This document shows positions 25,270-38,864 of a DNA stretch of 64,000 nucleotides, one piece after another. The notes under the pieces are model-generated. The model made no database searches. It had not been told where the DNA came from and worked only from the letters and a program-made list of their open reading frames with translations. Numbering within the stretch: position 1 is the first letter of the stretch; each line of letters starts with the position of its first letter. Origin of the DNA: Raillietiella orientalis (lineage: Eukaryota); contig JAYWIR010000026.1 of NCBI GenBank assembly GCA_036172245.1, forward strand, positions 1,178,001 to 1,242,000, written 5' to 3'. The translations under genes were made by a program, and so were the position numbers.

Positions 25270-26040
25270 TCTTCAATGGGGGTTCCTAGCAGACTCCGCT
25301 CGAAGAGGGTGGAGGAAACCGAGGCGGAATCTCCGGTGGGGAACGCCTTCCGGTCTCACCTTAGGACGGGTGAAAGGGAAAGCCGCACCGCTCGGCGCTG
25401 CCCAAGTCGGGAGTTCGGAGGAACTGGGAGCGTCTGCACGGGTGGACTCTGATCGCGAGCGGTCCAAAAAAGGATCTGTCAGATGCATCAGTGGAAGAGA
25501 GAATGCCACGGGCTTAGTGAAACCTAGAAACAGAGAAAGTGATTCGGAACGATCGCACCGTGTTGCCGGAAGGAGGTGGTGCTCCCATAGAGAGGTGTCC
25601 CCATCTTTCGCATGGATGTTTCTTTTTCGGACCAGCACTTCCCGGTGCGCCTCGCCACTCCTCCGGGTTTCTCGTGACGCCGGCTTCACCATCGCCCCGG
25701 AATGCGCTCGCATCTCACCACGAAGAGTGCACTCGCGAAAACCCCTTCTTCATCTGAGCACAGAAATCGAGGCCCTCCCTTCTCATCTCGCCACTCCCCC
25801 GTAGTCCGGGAATCTTCCCATCGTCTTCGGAGGGAATGCAAGTCCATCCTCCCTTCCACAGAACGGGCGCTTTCGATGAGCTCACGCCCTACGGATTCGG
25901 CCATTCGCCTGCGCTCCTGCATTTGTGGCTACAGAAGCCAGCCCTCGGGTCACGCGGATGGGTGGCCCACCTTCGTGTCACCCGAACGGCTTGGCGAAGC
26001 CGCACCAAGCCAAGGTGCTAAACGTCGTTGCCAGAGGGCG
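25270..26040 (+). mobile_element. Highly decayed LINE RT-region remnant, opposite orientation to 24100-24870
   Basis: 25520-25712 is clearly homologous to the reverse complement of 24452-24645 (IRNDRTVLPEGGGAPIERC versus IKDDRTALPERGGAPTERC). Confidence 0.4.
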
Positions 26041-26044
26041 CGAA

Positions 26045-27066
26045 ACGTCCAGGCAACGGGCACGGCCCTCTCAGGGCCGGACCCGGAATCCCGAAAGGTT
26101 TTTAAAAATAAGCGCACGCACGCACATTGCAGATTTTAATATCATTATTGATGCGTTTATTGTGTACACATAGAGTGGTTTGTATTGTAAAGGTTATGAA
26201 TACATGTGTGTGTGCCCACCCTGCGCGTTAACGTGTATGTGATAAATGTACATTCAATGAATGTCGAATAAATGATGATAATTGGTGAATAAAAATAGTG
26301 GGGGTGGAGGTGGGGGGAAAAGAAGCAGAAAAAAAACAAATTGGAAAGAAAAAGAAGAAAGAAAATTTTCTGTTGGATTTTCCTGCCATTTCCAACACGC
26401 ACGGAACGGCGAATTTTATTTCCGGGATTCCGATCCTTCGATAAATGGCTGTCTATTTAAATCGATATTTGTATGTTCATTATGCGTGTAAATATATATT
26501 AATGTACAAAAGAAACATGTATTCATTTCTTAGAATCCTTACTCTATAAATAATACATATCAACACACGTTATTAATTATGGTAATGAATGGGCATGTCA
26601 AAATAAATCTGTATATTAATCTATCTCTATCTACATGCATATCAGCATACATAAAAGGCATATATATATCTTATTTTGCATAACGTTTAGGGTATATATG
26701 AAGTCATATATCAGTATAGCTATTGATATACATAATAAACATATATAGTTATTCTTTGTCTTCATAATATATATCGATGAATACCAGTATATAACAGACA
26801 TATTATGCATTTTATTAATGATATGCATGTTAATAAATATAACTAAATATAGGTGTTCAAATCAATTTCTAAATGAATTCACATATAAATAAAGATCTCC
26901 ATTCGTTTTTCATCACCTTTCTAATGTATGTGAATCTATACATTAATCTAGGTACGAATATACATATTAATACATGTAATCAACATATGTATTTATTTTT
27001 AAGCTGCTGAGAGAGCTCGACGTGGGCATTCGTTTTGCAAAGGCCCCGCCGTGGTGCGTCTGACGA
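26045..27066. mobile_element. AT-rich element with degenerate inverted ends, probably related to 4283-5703
   Basis: Abrupt AT-rich island bounded by ttaaaaataa (26102) and ttatttttaa (~26993). Its left end aaaggtttttaaaaataagcgca resembles 4350-4381, and internal 26370-26406 resembles the reverse complement of 5141-5180. Confidence 0.35.
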
Positions 27067-28599
27067 ATATATACGCCGTGTGGAAAAAAAATCTCCATTT
27101 GCCACGAAGATACGACGTTTCAGTGGAAAGTTGGGAAAATCCCGTGTACGGCGGGCCTTTTGGCTAAGATCGAAGTGTACACGTGTATTTTGATCGCAAC
27201 GTGCAATGAATGGCCTCGTTCATTTTTTATCTGCCGACCAAACACACACACACAAAAAAAAGAATTCTTCTTCCTTCCTTTTCTTTTTTCGCACTGAGTT
27301 TCTGCACATACTTTTCGCATAACCGAAGCTCCAATCGAGGAAAGAAATGACAATAATTTTCCTCGATTAAAGCTTCAGTGATGTCCCTCAACTAAGGCTC
27401 CCAAGGATCCCTTCTGGCAAAGAGTGACCTGCGCGAGGCGGAATTCAGGATTTTCGTCCTCCTCCCACCTTGAAGATGACCGAAACGCGACCTCGAGAAG
27501 CAGAATTCCCGGAATCGAAACTGCTTGGGGGAAAAAAAAATGGACCCGACGTGGATGCAAATCCCAGCGCATTCCGCAACAGGGCACTCGCGTGGACGGA
27601 TCCCCGTTGCCATGGAGAGGACGACTGCCTCGGAAGCAGCACGTGTGCCTTCCAGAAGGAATCGTTTGGGAATGGAAGTTTTTGCCCGGTGCGATCTGTA
27701 CACATTTGGAACTTCCGGGCGCACACTGGCGAAAACACAGAATGTGGTCAAAACTGTCCTCTATCGATACAAGACTCGCATCGTTCCCGAACTCTCTCGT
27801 GACCTATTGGACCATAAGATAACCAATTCCTTATGAGTTTTTTTTTTTTTTTATTCTTCTTGTGTATGAAGTTTCTCATTGTCTATACAATGACGAGATT
27901 TTGGTGAATAATGCTTTTTCCTTTTTTTCGTTGAAATTTACAATGGATGCATTTGCTGCGCATGTGAGTCTACCTATCCGTTTCGCCCAGTTTCACCCGC
28001 CGGTGGAATCTGCAAAAAAAATGACTCGCTCAGCAGGCTGAGGACTTGCGGTGAACAGCCTCCCTCGAGGTGTTCTCTTTCGCCTCGTCTCCGAAAGTCT
28101 CCATCGGAAACTTCTCTTTAACCCTTTGCCCGAGAAGGAAGTGAAAGAGGAATGCACCCACAACGTCGGAAGAATTCCGCGACACTCCGCCGCTGCATTA
28201 AAGCACAGTCGACGAATTTGTGACCTCCCTAGCCTCGCGGCGTTCCGCCTCCGAAATTCTCTGGAGCAGCATCTGCATGTGCTGGCGGGATGCCTGCCGT
28301 GCTCAGCTTCGGCTGAAGAAGAAGCACGGAGTAAGCTTTCGGGATCTCCTTCACTGCTGAAGCTGACGAAATACCTCCACGCTCTTGTGGTGCGGAGTCT
28401 GCTTCCCGCGATTGACGTGCGTCCATCGATAAAAGTCGTTGATATAAGGCGAAAACAAGGGAAAAAAAAAAAAATGCGAACGTTGCCAGGCAGTGGGTCC
28501 AGGAGGAGAACGCCATCAAGTGAAGTCGGTGAAGTCAAAGAGTCAAGGACTTCTTGAGTACGCGAGAACAGCATATCCAAGAAGCGATTGGTCAGTCTT

Positions 28600-30900
28600 C
28601 CTGTGGATTCAGGCTGCTTCCTGTAACCCGTTGATGCCTGTAAACAGGAACCGAGCTTCCGCATGTCCCTCTGTACCAGGGGATCCCCAGATGGGCTTTG
28701 TCCTTCGACGGTGCCAGCTACTCCCTCAGCCGCCTTCTTCAACGGAGAGCGTTCCCGTAGTTGCGCCTCGATCTTTCGCGAATCCGATCTGGACCGGCTT
28801 CACCACCGCACGCTCACGGGAATCCACCAACAGCCGGGAATCTTCGGCTGGCGGCGGCGGCTCCACGCTTTGCGCAGACGGCAGATGAGCACACAGCAGC
28901 CTTTAGAGATTCCAGCGGCGGCAGCCACACTTGGCCGCACGGTGCGAAAACTTCGAGGACGGTGGGGAAGTGCGTGGGGAGAATTCCGGGATTTCTCTCT
29001 GGAGCACGAAGCTTCGCTGCCCGCGTCGGAGGCCACGTGGCTACGGTATCCGCGCGTGGCACCTCCAAGCGTCGCGGGTCCGAACACTCTGAAGTGAATC
29101 GACGCAGCGCGTCTCAGGTTTCGAGTTCCTCCCGCGAGATGACACTGGTTGTCCTGCATCCATTCGGGCGCGGCACCGGTGACGCTTCAATCCGGATGCC
29201 CCCGATAAAGGCCAGAACAATGGGACTCGGTCTTCGGGTCCTTCCAGGAATCACGCAGTGGGGAGCTCTTCCCCTCCCGTTGTGAAGGAGAGGACATCGC
29301 ATTCCGAGGTCGTGCTGAGGGAGTAGATGTGTCCTCACCTCTCCAGAGAGTGGCAAGAAGCGAGCTGATCCCTCCGCGGAAACAGCGTTCTTCTGAATTT
29401 CGGAAGCGCCCCTTCGGGGTTCTCTTGAGAGGAGGAGGAAGCAGGAGCAGTCCACTGGCGGGTTGCCTCCGGGGAGAATAAGGAAGGAGATTCCCTTCGG
29501 GATTCCCATTCGGAGACAACCAGGGTGGAGCCGATTTCCATTCCGGAGATCCCTCCCCAGGCGTGAGAGGAACCGCCTTGAACCCTTCCTGGATTGTGCG
29601 GTAAGATTGGACCCCATCGTCACCGCACTGGACATTTTTTTTTTCATCGCGAACTCGTGCCATGCAGGTCTAACACGCTTGCTTCTGCCGCCACAAGAGA
29701 CCGACGCTGCATCGATGACCTCCTCCCCACAGGGAGGAGCTGCGAGCTACGGTTTTCTCTCGAGTCTCGGACCAAGACAGGCAAAGCAGATCGCTGTTCC
29801 CGGGAAGGAGGATCAACGGAGAGCGGAGAGAGGCACGAGAAGGGGATGAGGGCGCGGAGGGAATCAGGGTGGATCGCCCTTCGGACGGGAGGCGGAGGAA
29901 GCTTCTCGAGGGAGCTGAGACCTATGGACGCGCGACGGACCGAAATTCCAAAGCTCGCTCCTGCATGACACACGCACACACGCCTTTTGTTCACATGAGC
30001 GCCCAGAGAACTCACGAAAAGATTCTCGTCGATCCCAGTTTATCCCCAAGAGCAGTTCTCTCCCTCTCCCTTCCTCTCTACCTCTCCCAGGCGATTCCGC
30101 CTACCACGCGCAGCATCCTCCCTTCCGAGGAGGTTCGCATGAGTCCTCCTTCCGCCTGATGGAAACCAGTTTCCGATCCAAGCCCGAAGGGCGAGTTCTA
30201 TGGAGGAACCATTCCGATATGCCGGCGCCCGCTCCTCCTAGCGGTTGAGCGTCCGAGGGGAAGCCTCATCGGAAAGACGCAGCCGGGGAGAGGGCCCTGC
30301 GGACGAGGGTTCCGGTTTGCCGAGAGTCGAGCTGCGGCCAATCCCGAGAGTCGGCACGCGCGTTCCTCGGGATGAGCCTCCGGTGCGCAGGGGAGGGAGC
30401 CGAACTTCCGCGCGGACCGTGCGTCGCCGATTCCGTCAGAAGCAAGCGCGGTCCAGGTCCGCGTCGGTTGGCGGCGCTCCCACCAGTCCGACAGACCCTC
30501 TCAGCTTATCGAATAAGATGTATGGCGGCGCAGGCGACCAGTGTGCTCGCCTTGGGACGCGAAGCATCTCCCTCTTCCGCATCTGTCCCTAGACTCCAAG
30601 TATCCTTGGCAAATCGTGTACGCAAACCGTACAGCTGCTCCCTCCTTCCATCCAATCCCCCTCCCATCAGATCAGATGGCTTCCAGATGGATGCGAAGCA
30701 AGGATGCCGATTCAGCGAAATGATTCGGGTTTCTTCTAGTGAGAGACAGCAAATGGGCAGAGGACACTCGAAGTGGCAGCGACCGGAAGAAGTCTTTGCA
30801 GGCCCCTGCTGATGGCGGGCAAGCATGGAGGAAATCCTTTTGGATTCTCCTGCTGGACGCGCTGGCCAACCTTTCGTTTTCTTTTTCTTCTTCTTTGGTT
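28600..30900 (+). mobile_element. Old L1/Tx1-like ORF2 remnant running into the left palindrome arm
   Basis: Ordered decayed motifs RVLPGITQWGALPLPL (~29235), KEIPFGIPI (~29485), SSPQGGAA (~29725) and GDQCARLGT / LPHLSLD (30535-30595), then a T-rich tail at ~30875. Confidence 0.5.
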
Positions 30901-33900
30901 CGACCAGTGCTGAAAACCCGCTCGCCTCCTCGGAGAAGGGGGAAAGGAAGAAGGATGGATTTACAAAGCTCGTTAACGCTGTCCACACCATTAGAGGGTG
31001 CGTATCTCTCTTCAAGTTATAGGGGGCAACCCTGGAGAATCCGGGACATTGACAAATATGCCAATGCGTGCCGTTTCGTTCGTGGTTCCAAGAACCGCCT
31101 TCCAAACGATTCCAAACGGTCTTTTACACCGTCCCGCTATCATCGGGTATCAACACATCTCTTCTTCCCATCAATCGGTGTAAGACTGTTCCAAGCGGCT
31201 GACTACCGAAACTTTCCTTAGAATTTCATGACGGCATTGATGACAAAGTTCCGCCGCAACTGAAAACGTACCATTGTCCTCAGTTCCACGACATTGCCAG
31301 CGCATAGAGTACTGGGGAATGCTCATCGGTATTTTACTGGCGCGATGAGACAAACACGCTTGAAAGACGGACTTCCCTATAGGCATTCAAATGAGTGGTC
31401 CAACTCGGTTTGCTGATTCTGCTCGTGGCGCATCGGCTGAGTCGGTATCACCGTAGGCGGCACCTTGGCACTTGGTAAATGCATTTTCGCGAGCTTAATT
31501 AGTTGGTTCTTTGATTCGAACACGAAGGGCGACCACCCGTAAATCTTTCGTTTAGAATCTCGACAACACTGCCAGGCATCGAGAAGTAGTCCAAACCCGA
31601 ACGCTTCGTCGCTATCTACTCCTGGAAGTGAAAGATGCTCAGCTGGGAGTGTGGAAGCGTCACAGCTGACAGCAGCGCGAACTCTCCGCTTAACGAAACA
31701 AGGGAAAACCCGGTTCGTGCACTCTTCACCACCTTCTACGACTTCAGGAAGGTTGTTGGTCGCCTAGGAAACTTGGAGGCCTGTCGAGAGATTCCCCTAT
31801 CGCGATGCCAATCACATCCGCATCCGATTGACTTCCAGCCTGTGCGTTTCGGCGGAAACTTATCCAAAAGGAATCCTACCGAAATCAAGAAATACCCAAA
31901 GGCAACCGAAATTGGCCAGGACAGAGAAGGAGAAAAAACCCAAATCCATGCTCTCCCTATTCCTACCACTGGTGGCGACGCTCGCAATGTCTTCATAACC
32001 GAAATTTCGGCATTCTTTTCGTCGAACCGAGTCCGTGGAAAGAGCTTTTGTTAAAGTATCCGCGAATGAAAATCACACATCAAGAACCGAGCAGAAAAAG
32101 ATCGAAAGAGGAGAAAAAAGAGAGAGAAGGAAGCACCGAGTCGGTGGAAGCAGAAGAGGTCACGGGTGCATCCGACCTGAACTGCTAAGATTAGCGAAGG
32201 ACTCGTGGGGATGCGAGAGATGGAACGTAAGCAGCACGTCCAGGTAAGCATGCGGAAGACACCTCCCTGCGACGCATGTAGACGCAGATCAATGCAAAGT
32301 GTGTCTGCACCCGTTTCGTTCACTCCCACACAGGAATCCAAAACCATGAATACCAGAAAAAACGAAGGATGCACCAACAGGTAATAACTTCTTCCTGCGT
32401 CCCCTCAAAACAACGGTCTTCACGTTTCCTGAACCCGCACGCAAACGGCGCACGACACGTGTTCTCACGGCCAAACGCACATCAGCAGCTTGCTAGAAGT
32501 TCTTGCAGTCTCCTTCGTTATCCGCGAACACGTGAAAAGCCGTCACCAAAAACACAACCTCACACAGAAAGGAAAAAGGAGCTTCCCTGTATCACTACTC
32601 CGCAGGATGCTCTCCCGAGCGCACGCCAGCCCGACAACATCGTCCATTTTAGTGTGCTCCGAAATCAAGACACGTTCCAACCACACCGCCTAAAAAAAAC
32701 TAAGGAGGATGAGAAAACCAACTCTGCACATAAATCGAAACACCCGAGCTGGCGGCAGACTGGAAACCGCGTCCAGGAGTCCCACCTCCTAGCGACACAA
32801 TGGTTCGCTGTACGCAAGAGGCATCAAAGAGGAGACGGATGCGCCTCTGTTTTCCAGCCTTCCTCCGAAGAAAGTTTGCGCTAAGTGCGTGCGCTGGGTT
32901 ACGAGCGAGCGCCTGGCACCCAGGCGCCGAAATGTTCCCCCGTCGACCACCACGACCCGCGGCAAGTGGATGGACAGGCGTCCGTCTAACCGCTTCTCTC
33001 GAGCGACGCCGGTGCTGGCGTGGCCAGCGGAAAGCCTTGCGGTCGCCCCACGTCGCACGCGTTGCCGGGACGCGCGCAGATGTTGCCATAGAGGTGAAGA
33101 GACGGTTCTCGGGCCCTTGTCGCACCGAAGAGCAGCCAACGAAGAGGGCGCCCACATGCTCTCCGAGTGGGAGAAACCCCTTTTCCCTTCCAGGCCGCTG
33201 CCCGAGTGGCGGCTGCAAGTCGGCGTCCCGGAGAGGACTGAGAGCGGCAGCAGCCCTCGTCGCCCACGGCCGACTCTCCCACCGCGCCGTTGAGCACTTC
33301 TTCGACGGCAGCCCCGTGGAGGTGCCACTCGTTCCCTGCTGAAGAGATCTTCGAATCCGCAGGATGGATGCAACCGGTGGCGCCTGAAAGGGGCATTTGC
33401 GGAAGAACAGTCCGCGACGTTTCTCTTGTGAAGGGCGCAAAGAGTGTGTGCTGGGGCTCCCGTAGTCGGCTGTGTCGCAGCGAGCACTTCGGCAACTCGA
33501 GAACGAGCGGAAAGTCCGTGTCGGATGTTAGGCGTCCCCGTGTCGCCAGCTCCGACTCGCGAAAGCCCCCCGTCGCGGCTGAGGCCGATGTTGCTAGACA
33601 AGCGTGCAGGCCGGCGCCACAGAAAGATGGGAAAAGGGAGAGGAGGGAGGCTGAAGAGAACGAGCGGATCCCTCCTCGCACTCCCACCCGGACGCACGCG
33701 CTCAACCAATTCACTCCGCGCACAGAAGCGCACGAAACGACTCTTCCAGAAGCAAACAAGGAAGCAGCTTACCACCATCCAGCATCCAGCGAATCCAGCG
33801 ATGCTGCCGGCGGATTCACCAAAGGGCAATTTTTATAGTGCTCGGAGGTGATAAGAAAATGGCCGGCGTGCAGGGAATGCCATTAAGGCGCGCGATGTCC

Positions 33901-36900
33901 TTAGGACTGCATGCCGTCGAATTGTGCGAACTATCTGCGGGCCGGCGGCAAGCGGCTTCGTCCCGACTGCCGCCGCCCACTTAAGTGTGTTGCAAGTTGG
34001 CAAGTCCGGGAGTGCAGGGAAGAATCTTAAGCGTGGACGGAACACCCGGAGGTTGGCGAAACGGGAAATGGGAAGGAGCGGCGATTCTCCACCCGTCCCT
34101 CGGACGCTTGAAATTTCAAGCAGAGCCGACCGCAGATCGTCGCGCGCGAGAGGCACGCAGCCAGCGTCTCCGGATGCGTAGCAACGTGGAGGACGCATCC
34201 AAGCAGCGGTCGCCGTTCCACGCAACTCGCAGCGTCCAGCGCCACCGCCCTCCCCTTACTCCCCTCACGGTCAATCCCGGTGCTGGAGGGAGGGCCGCCA
34301 GCACGTGCTCCACCGTCCACAGAGGAGTTGTTCTCCTGACTCCGCATGGCGGTCGGCGGACCTTTGCGGCTGCGACGGCGCTCGCGGAAGCGGAGCCATC
34401 ACCACCACTCCTCTGAGCTAGTCGCGCTTCCCCAGGCAATGACAGCGCAGGGTGTCCTTCCGAGCAGGAGAAGGCCAGGCGAACTCGGCAGGCAGACAGC
34501 AAGGACGCTTGTTATGCTGCATCCCCTTGGAGAAGATCGAACGTTCTCCGCAAAAGACGTCGGTAGGTTCCATCTCTTTGCCACGGACTCCCTGGAACGC
34601 GGCAGGCTTGCAGTCGGAGGTGCAAAGCAAACACCGGGAATACTGTCGAAACGCGTTTCGCGGATTTCGCGCACGAGATGGACCAACCGGTGTTCCTCGC
34701 AGGCAGGATGAAAGCAGAGTGGTCCGCGCGAGTGAGTCTCCTTCTTGGTGACGTTGCTCTGCAGGATCGGAAAGAAAGGCTGCCGTTGGGATGGCACTCG
34801 GCTTCGAGTGTGCGCGGAGCTTACGGAACGAGCGGTCCTTCCAGAATTCTCTCCACTCCTCAAATGCTGGCGCGCACAGGTTCACCGCCTCCGCCCCTTT
34901 CCCTCGTTCGGTCCTACCCTGGGAAGGAAAAAAGAAAAACGATGACAGGAGCCAACAGAAGCTCAGTTTGCTGACCGAGGCTGTCCACCCTTGCCTGGCA
35001 CGAGAAGGAAACCACGGAACATTCCAGAATCCTCGCCAGATCTCGAGAAAGGCAGCTTCACTCGTCACAACGGCACGAGAGAGCGCTGCCAGGAACAGGA
35101 GGAGAAAGAGGATAGGAGCTTTCCAAGCTGCTCGCGTTGCTGGGAGAGTCGACGCAGACGATGGAACTCTCCCGTCATCTTGCGCCGAAGCGCACCTCGA
35201 TGCAGCGTCCGAAGCGTTGCAAAATCTTCCCGAGAAATCGCCTGAAAAGTCTTCGCGCGACCACAGCGAGGACACTCGCTGCTTCCCCTCTCCGTATCTA
35301 TCTTGGAGCGAAAACTCTGCATCCCAGGATCACGAAAACTCGAGATAACCTCAGGAAGGCCCTCCATATCGCTCGCTTCCACGTTGCTGCGAAGGCCGTC
35401 GCCAAGCAGCGCAGGTAACCTTCAGCAAAGTTGCCCCCTAGCGGTGCTGCACCGAGGAGGCTAAGCCTCTCTCACGAACATTCGAAGAGCAGGCTCGCTC
35501 GCAGTCGGAGGCGGGAAGAGGCTGCTGCCTGCCGGAAGACAGTCGCTCCTCTTCGCTCGCCATCCGGGCGACGGTGACTCCCTCTCGACGTGGCGGCCAG
35601 AATTCGCACCAACCTGCGTGGGAAGAAAACGCCCGAGGGCAGTGAATCCTCACGGAAGCTTCCTGCAGACGCGTGCGGAACCAAAGCGACCCGCTGCGAC
35701 GGGAGGAATCGCGCTTGCGATCGTGTTGCCCCTCCCTCCATCCGGTTCCCCGCTTTTTCTTTCCGCCAAGTCCCTTTCCGCTTCGCGGAGAAGCCCGTCA
35801 CATCTCATCCCCGATTACCGGCCACACGCATCCGTTCGCTCGCGGGCATTCCGCCGAGTGCCGCAGAGGTCCTTTGCGCCACTGGTCCCTCTTCACCGAG
35901 AAAGGGAGCCAGGGGTCGATCTCGGAAGATCCCTGCGAAGACGCGGCGTCCCGTTCCCTTTGCTCGCCTCCCGCAATGGATACAGGAAGACGGAAGGAGC
36001 GTCGCCTGGAGACGCTGGAAGCTCCCTCGTCGAGCTGCACGTTCGCACCCGGCGACTCGGTTCGTTGCGGAGGTCCTTCCGGTGAAGGCGGGTTTTCCGG
36101 TGGGGAGTCGCCCCTGTGCGCGTCGGGCGTCTGCCTGATCCGAGTTGGGGCATTCGCCTCTCCGGGAAGACGAAACACCGCCCGCGTGAGGAGGCGCGAG
36201 TCCTTGGAGACAGAGCAAGGACACTCCGTTGACCTCGCCCTCCGAATTTCAGAAAGAGCGGCCGGAAGGAAAACCGGTAGCCGGGAGCGATGCTCTTCTC
36301 CAAGGCAGCCTTCGCTGTGCGGGAAGCCCGGAACCGCGAAGCAGCGACCGTCTTCGTCGTTCTCAGCCACCAGTGGCAAAAGCAGCAGCAGCATCAGCAG
36401 CAGCAGACCGCGCCGACGCTCTCGGGAACTTTGCCGCTCGCAGCGGACACATCCCGGTCCCCTTGGCGCGTTCCCTGTACTCCGCGATCGTCACCTGAAG
36501 AGGAAACGGATGGCCGCATTGGACGGGGAGCGCGGATATCCTCCTGTTGCTGTCTCGGCAACGCCAAATCCTCTCCCTGGAGCTCTGGAGCTTGCTTTCC
36601 TGGAATGCACGTTCGCGGGCCTCCCGGTCCACCACCACTGCAGAGAGGCGAACGCGTTGCTGAGAGGGAAAAAACTCCTCCCGTCTTCCGTCCCGCGCAC
36701 GGGACCGCACGCCCTTGCTGTCCCGAACGCATGGACGTTTCCGTGGAGCTCCCACCCTGGTCGATCGTCCCTTCTTCCCTTCGTCCCGCTCCCGTTACCT
36801 CTTGCCCCCGTTTCGTGCGCCGTTCGTCCATGCCGTTGGACGCACGAGCGTTGGCGCCGCGTCGCGAAAGCAGCCGCAGCTACGGGTGCGTCGGGAGCGC

Positions 36901-38588
36901 GCACCGAAGCTGAAAATGTTTGTTTCTTCCTGGTGGACGGCACTTTTCATCGCCGATGGCCGACGCCCGCACAACGTCTGCGCGCGATTGGGTGTCCGCC
37001 GAACGATTTCATCCGGGAATTCCCCTCGCAAGCGGAGTTTCCGCGAGTTCCCCCCACAAGGGAACGCGTCGTCGTTACCTGCTCCAGTGCTGCAACCACG
37101 GGGGCTTCGGTCGATCCGCCCCTCCACAGAGAGTTCCCGTACCCATTCTTCCCTGGTCCCGAGCTTGATGCGGTCCTCCGGTCCGCTCTTCGCACCCACA
37201 TTTCACGCCACTCGGAACGCGGATGCGACTCGCATCTCAACCACGTGCTCTTGGGCCGCATTCCGTCCGCGTTTTCCCAGCCGCCGAAGAGGCGAGAATC
37301 GCGTCCTTCCGACTTCCGAGCGGAGATGCTCGGCCGCGTGCGGGAGAGGTCTCCGGATGCAAGAGCGCGGTTCCGCGTCTCCTTGCGACCCGAAGAAGTG
37401 CTGAGCCTCCCCATGGCCCATCCGACGTCCGGAGCGCGCAGCCTCCGCGCATCCCCTCCCGAATGGAGCGGCGCGCACGCGGGAAACCTTCGACCTTCCG
37501 GGCTACGGCGCGAGAAACGAACTCGTTCGCTCCCGGCCCGCTTTTCGCATCCCATTCCCGGAAAGGCGTCCCAGTCCGAGCACCGGCAGCCATTCTTGCA
37601 GCACCATCGATGCCCCTCGACTTCACTCGTCGCGTCTTCCCGCCGAAATCAGCATCCGCCCGCTCGTCGTGCGGGACGAGGCGCTGCTCTCGGATGGCGA
37701 GCGAAGCGAGCGGCTCGTCGCATCTTCTCTTCTCGCGTCCGCTGTTTCCCCTGGCTTCGCTGCACAATCCGCACGAGGCCGTCCCTCCGCAGAGAGAAAA
37801 TAAAAAGGCAAAAGCAAAAAAAAGAGAAAAAGATAGAAAAGAAAGCGCGACCGGAGCGCACCTGCGCAGTTGGACACGGACCCTTGCGGCGGTCACGGAA
37901 GCCAACCCACGCGCGCCTCACTGAGCAGACAGTTGCCCGGCAAGAAAGCGCCGCATCAGCAACAAAGTTTGTCCGCTCCATCGGGAACCTCACCACACCC
38001 CGATGCAGTCGGCTCCAGAAAGCAAACAACTCCTTCTACCTGGACGCGCAGAGCAAGCATTGCAGCTGATTAGGTAGCGGCACCGCCACCTCCCTACTGG
38101 TAGTCGCTACTGCCACTGCGTTTCACGGACACGGTCGCACATATTCAGGAGCTCCCCAGCGTGCCACGGAACCAGCTACCGCTTGCGCCGGGTCGCCTTG
38201 CTTCAAGGCAATGGACCTCGGCACGAGCGCCTCCTCCCGGAGCACGGCAAAGCCGCTTCCTGCGGACACACGCGGGACTCTGCAGCATGCGCAGGCACGC
38301 CGGAGCGACCCCCGTGCTTCATGCGAGACCCAACTCTCCCTCCTACTCCACTGCCCCTACCCCAACCATCTGGACTCTGCTTGCCCCGTTTCCCGTCCGA
38401 CACCTGCGGCCGATCCATTTCCTCAAAACGGTTCCCCTTCCGCGGGAAGTGCCCAGCGCCGTGCGCTGCCGTTCCGTTCTTCGCGCAATTCGGCGCACCC
38501 CTTCGTCGACCCATGCCTGCAGCCGCACCTGCCCCGTTCCCGCTGGAACGCACGCGGGCCGACCCCCTGCGCAGCTCAGGTCTTCGAG
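30568..38588 (+). repeat. Left arm (8021 bp) of a 16.3-kb inverted duplication
   Basis: Reverse complement of 38865-46883. The ORF track is mirrored (e.g. 35673-38069 + versus 39384-41777 -). The length difference is explained by a 3-bp CAG indel and a 1-bp indel. Confidence 0.98.
32691..37553 (-). mobile_element. Near full-length, highly decayed L1/Tx1-like element in the left arm
   Basis: Mirror image of 39900-44760. Confidence 0.5.
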
Positions 38589-38864
38589 TGGGCCTTCCGG
38601 AAAGGAAGGCAATTGCCCGATCGGTTGAGGGCGCGCAGCCGAGGCGTTCCGGGCCTATGACCATCACGTGACTATTGCATTTCAAGTACTCGTGACCACT
38701 TATAGACCATCGTACTCCAAAAGGAAACTTCGGACTTCGACCGAACAACGAACGTCAGCAAGCACTTCATCAGCGCTCACAAAGCAATCAATATGCCACC
38801 TCTGCAAGACTGTGAGCTCTCGTTATCAGCAATTCCGTAGACGCATTGGGAAAGATAAAGCTGC
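38589..38864. other. Unique 276-bp spacer at the palindrome centre
   Basis: Arm identity ends at ...tcttcgag (38588) and resumes at ctcgaaga... (38865). Confidence 0.95.

Noticed and set aside
32700..35500. Numerous 150-350 aa overlapping ORFs here and mirrored at 42000-44750
   Set aside because: R/S/A/P-rich shadow frames in GC-rich decayed LINE sequence, open on both strands, with no intact domain.
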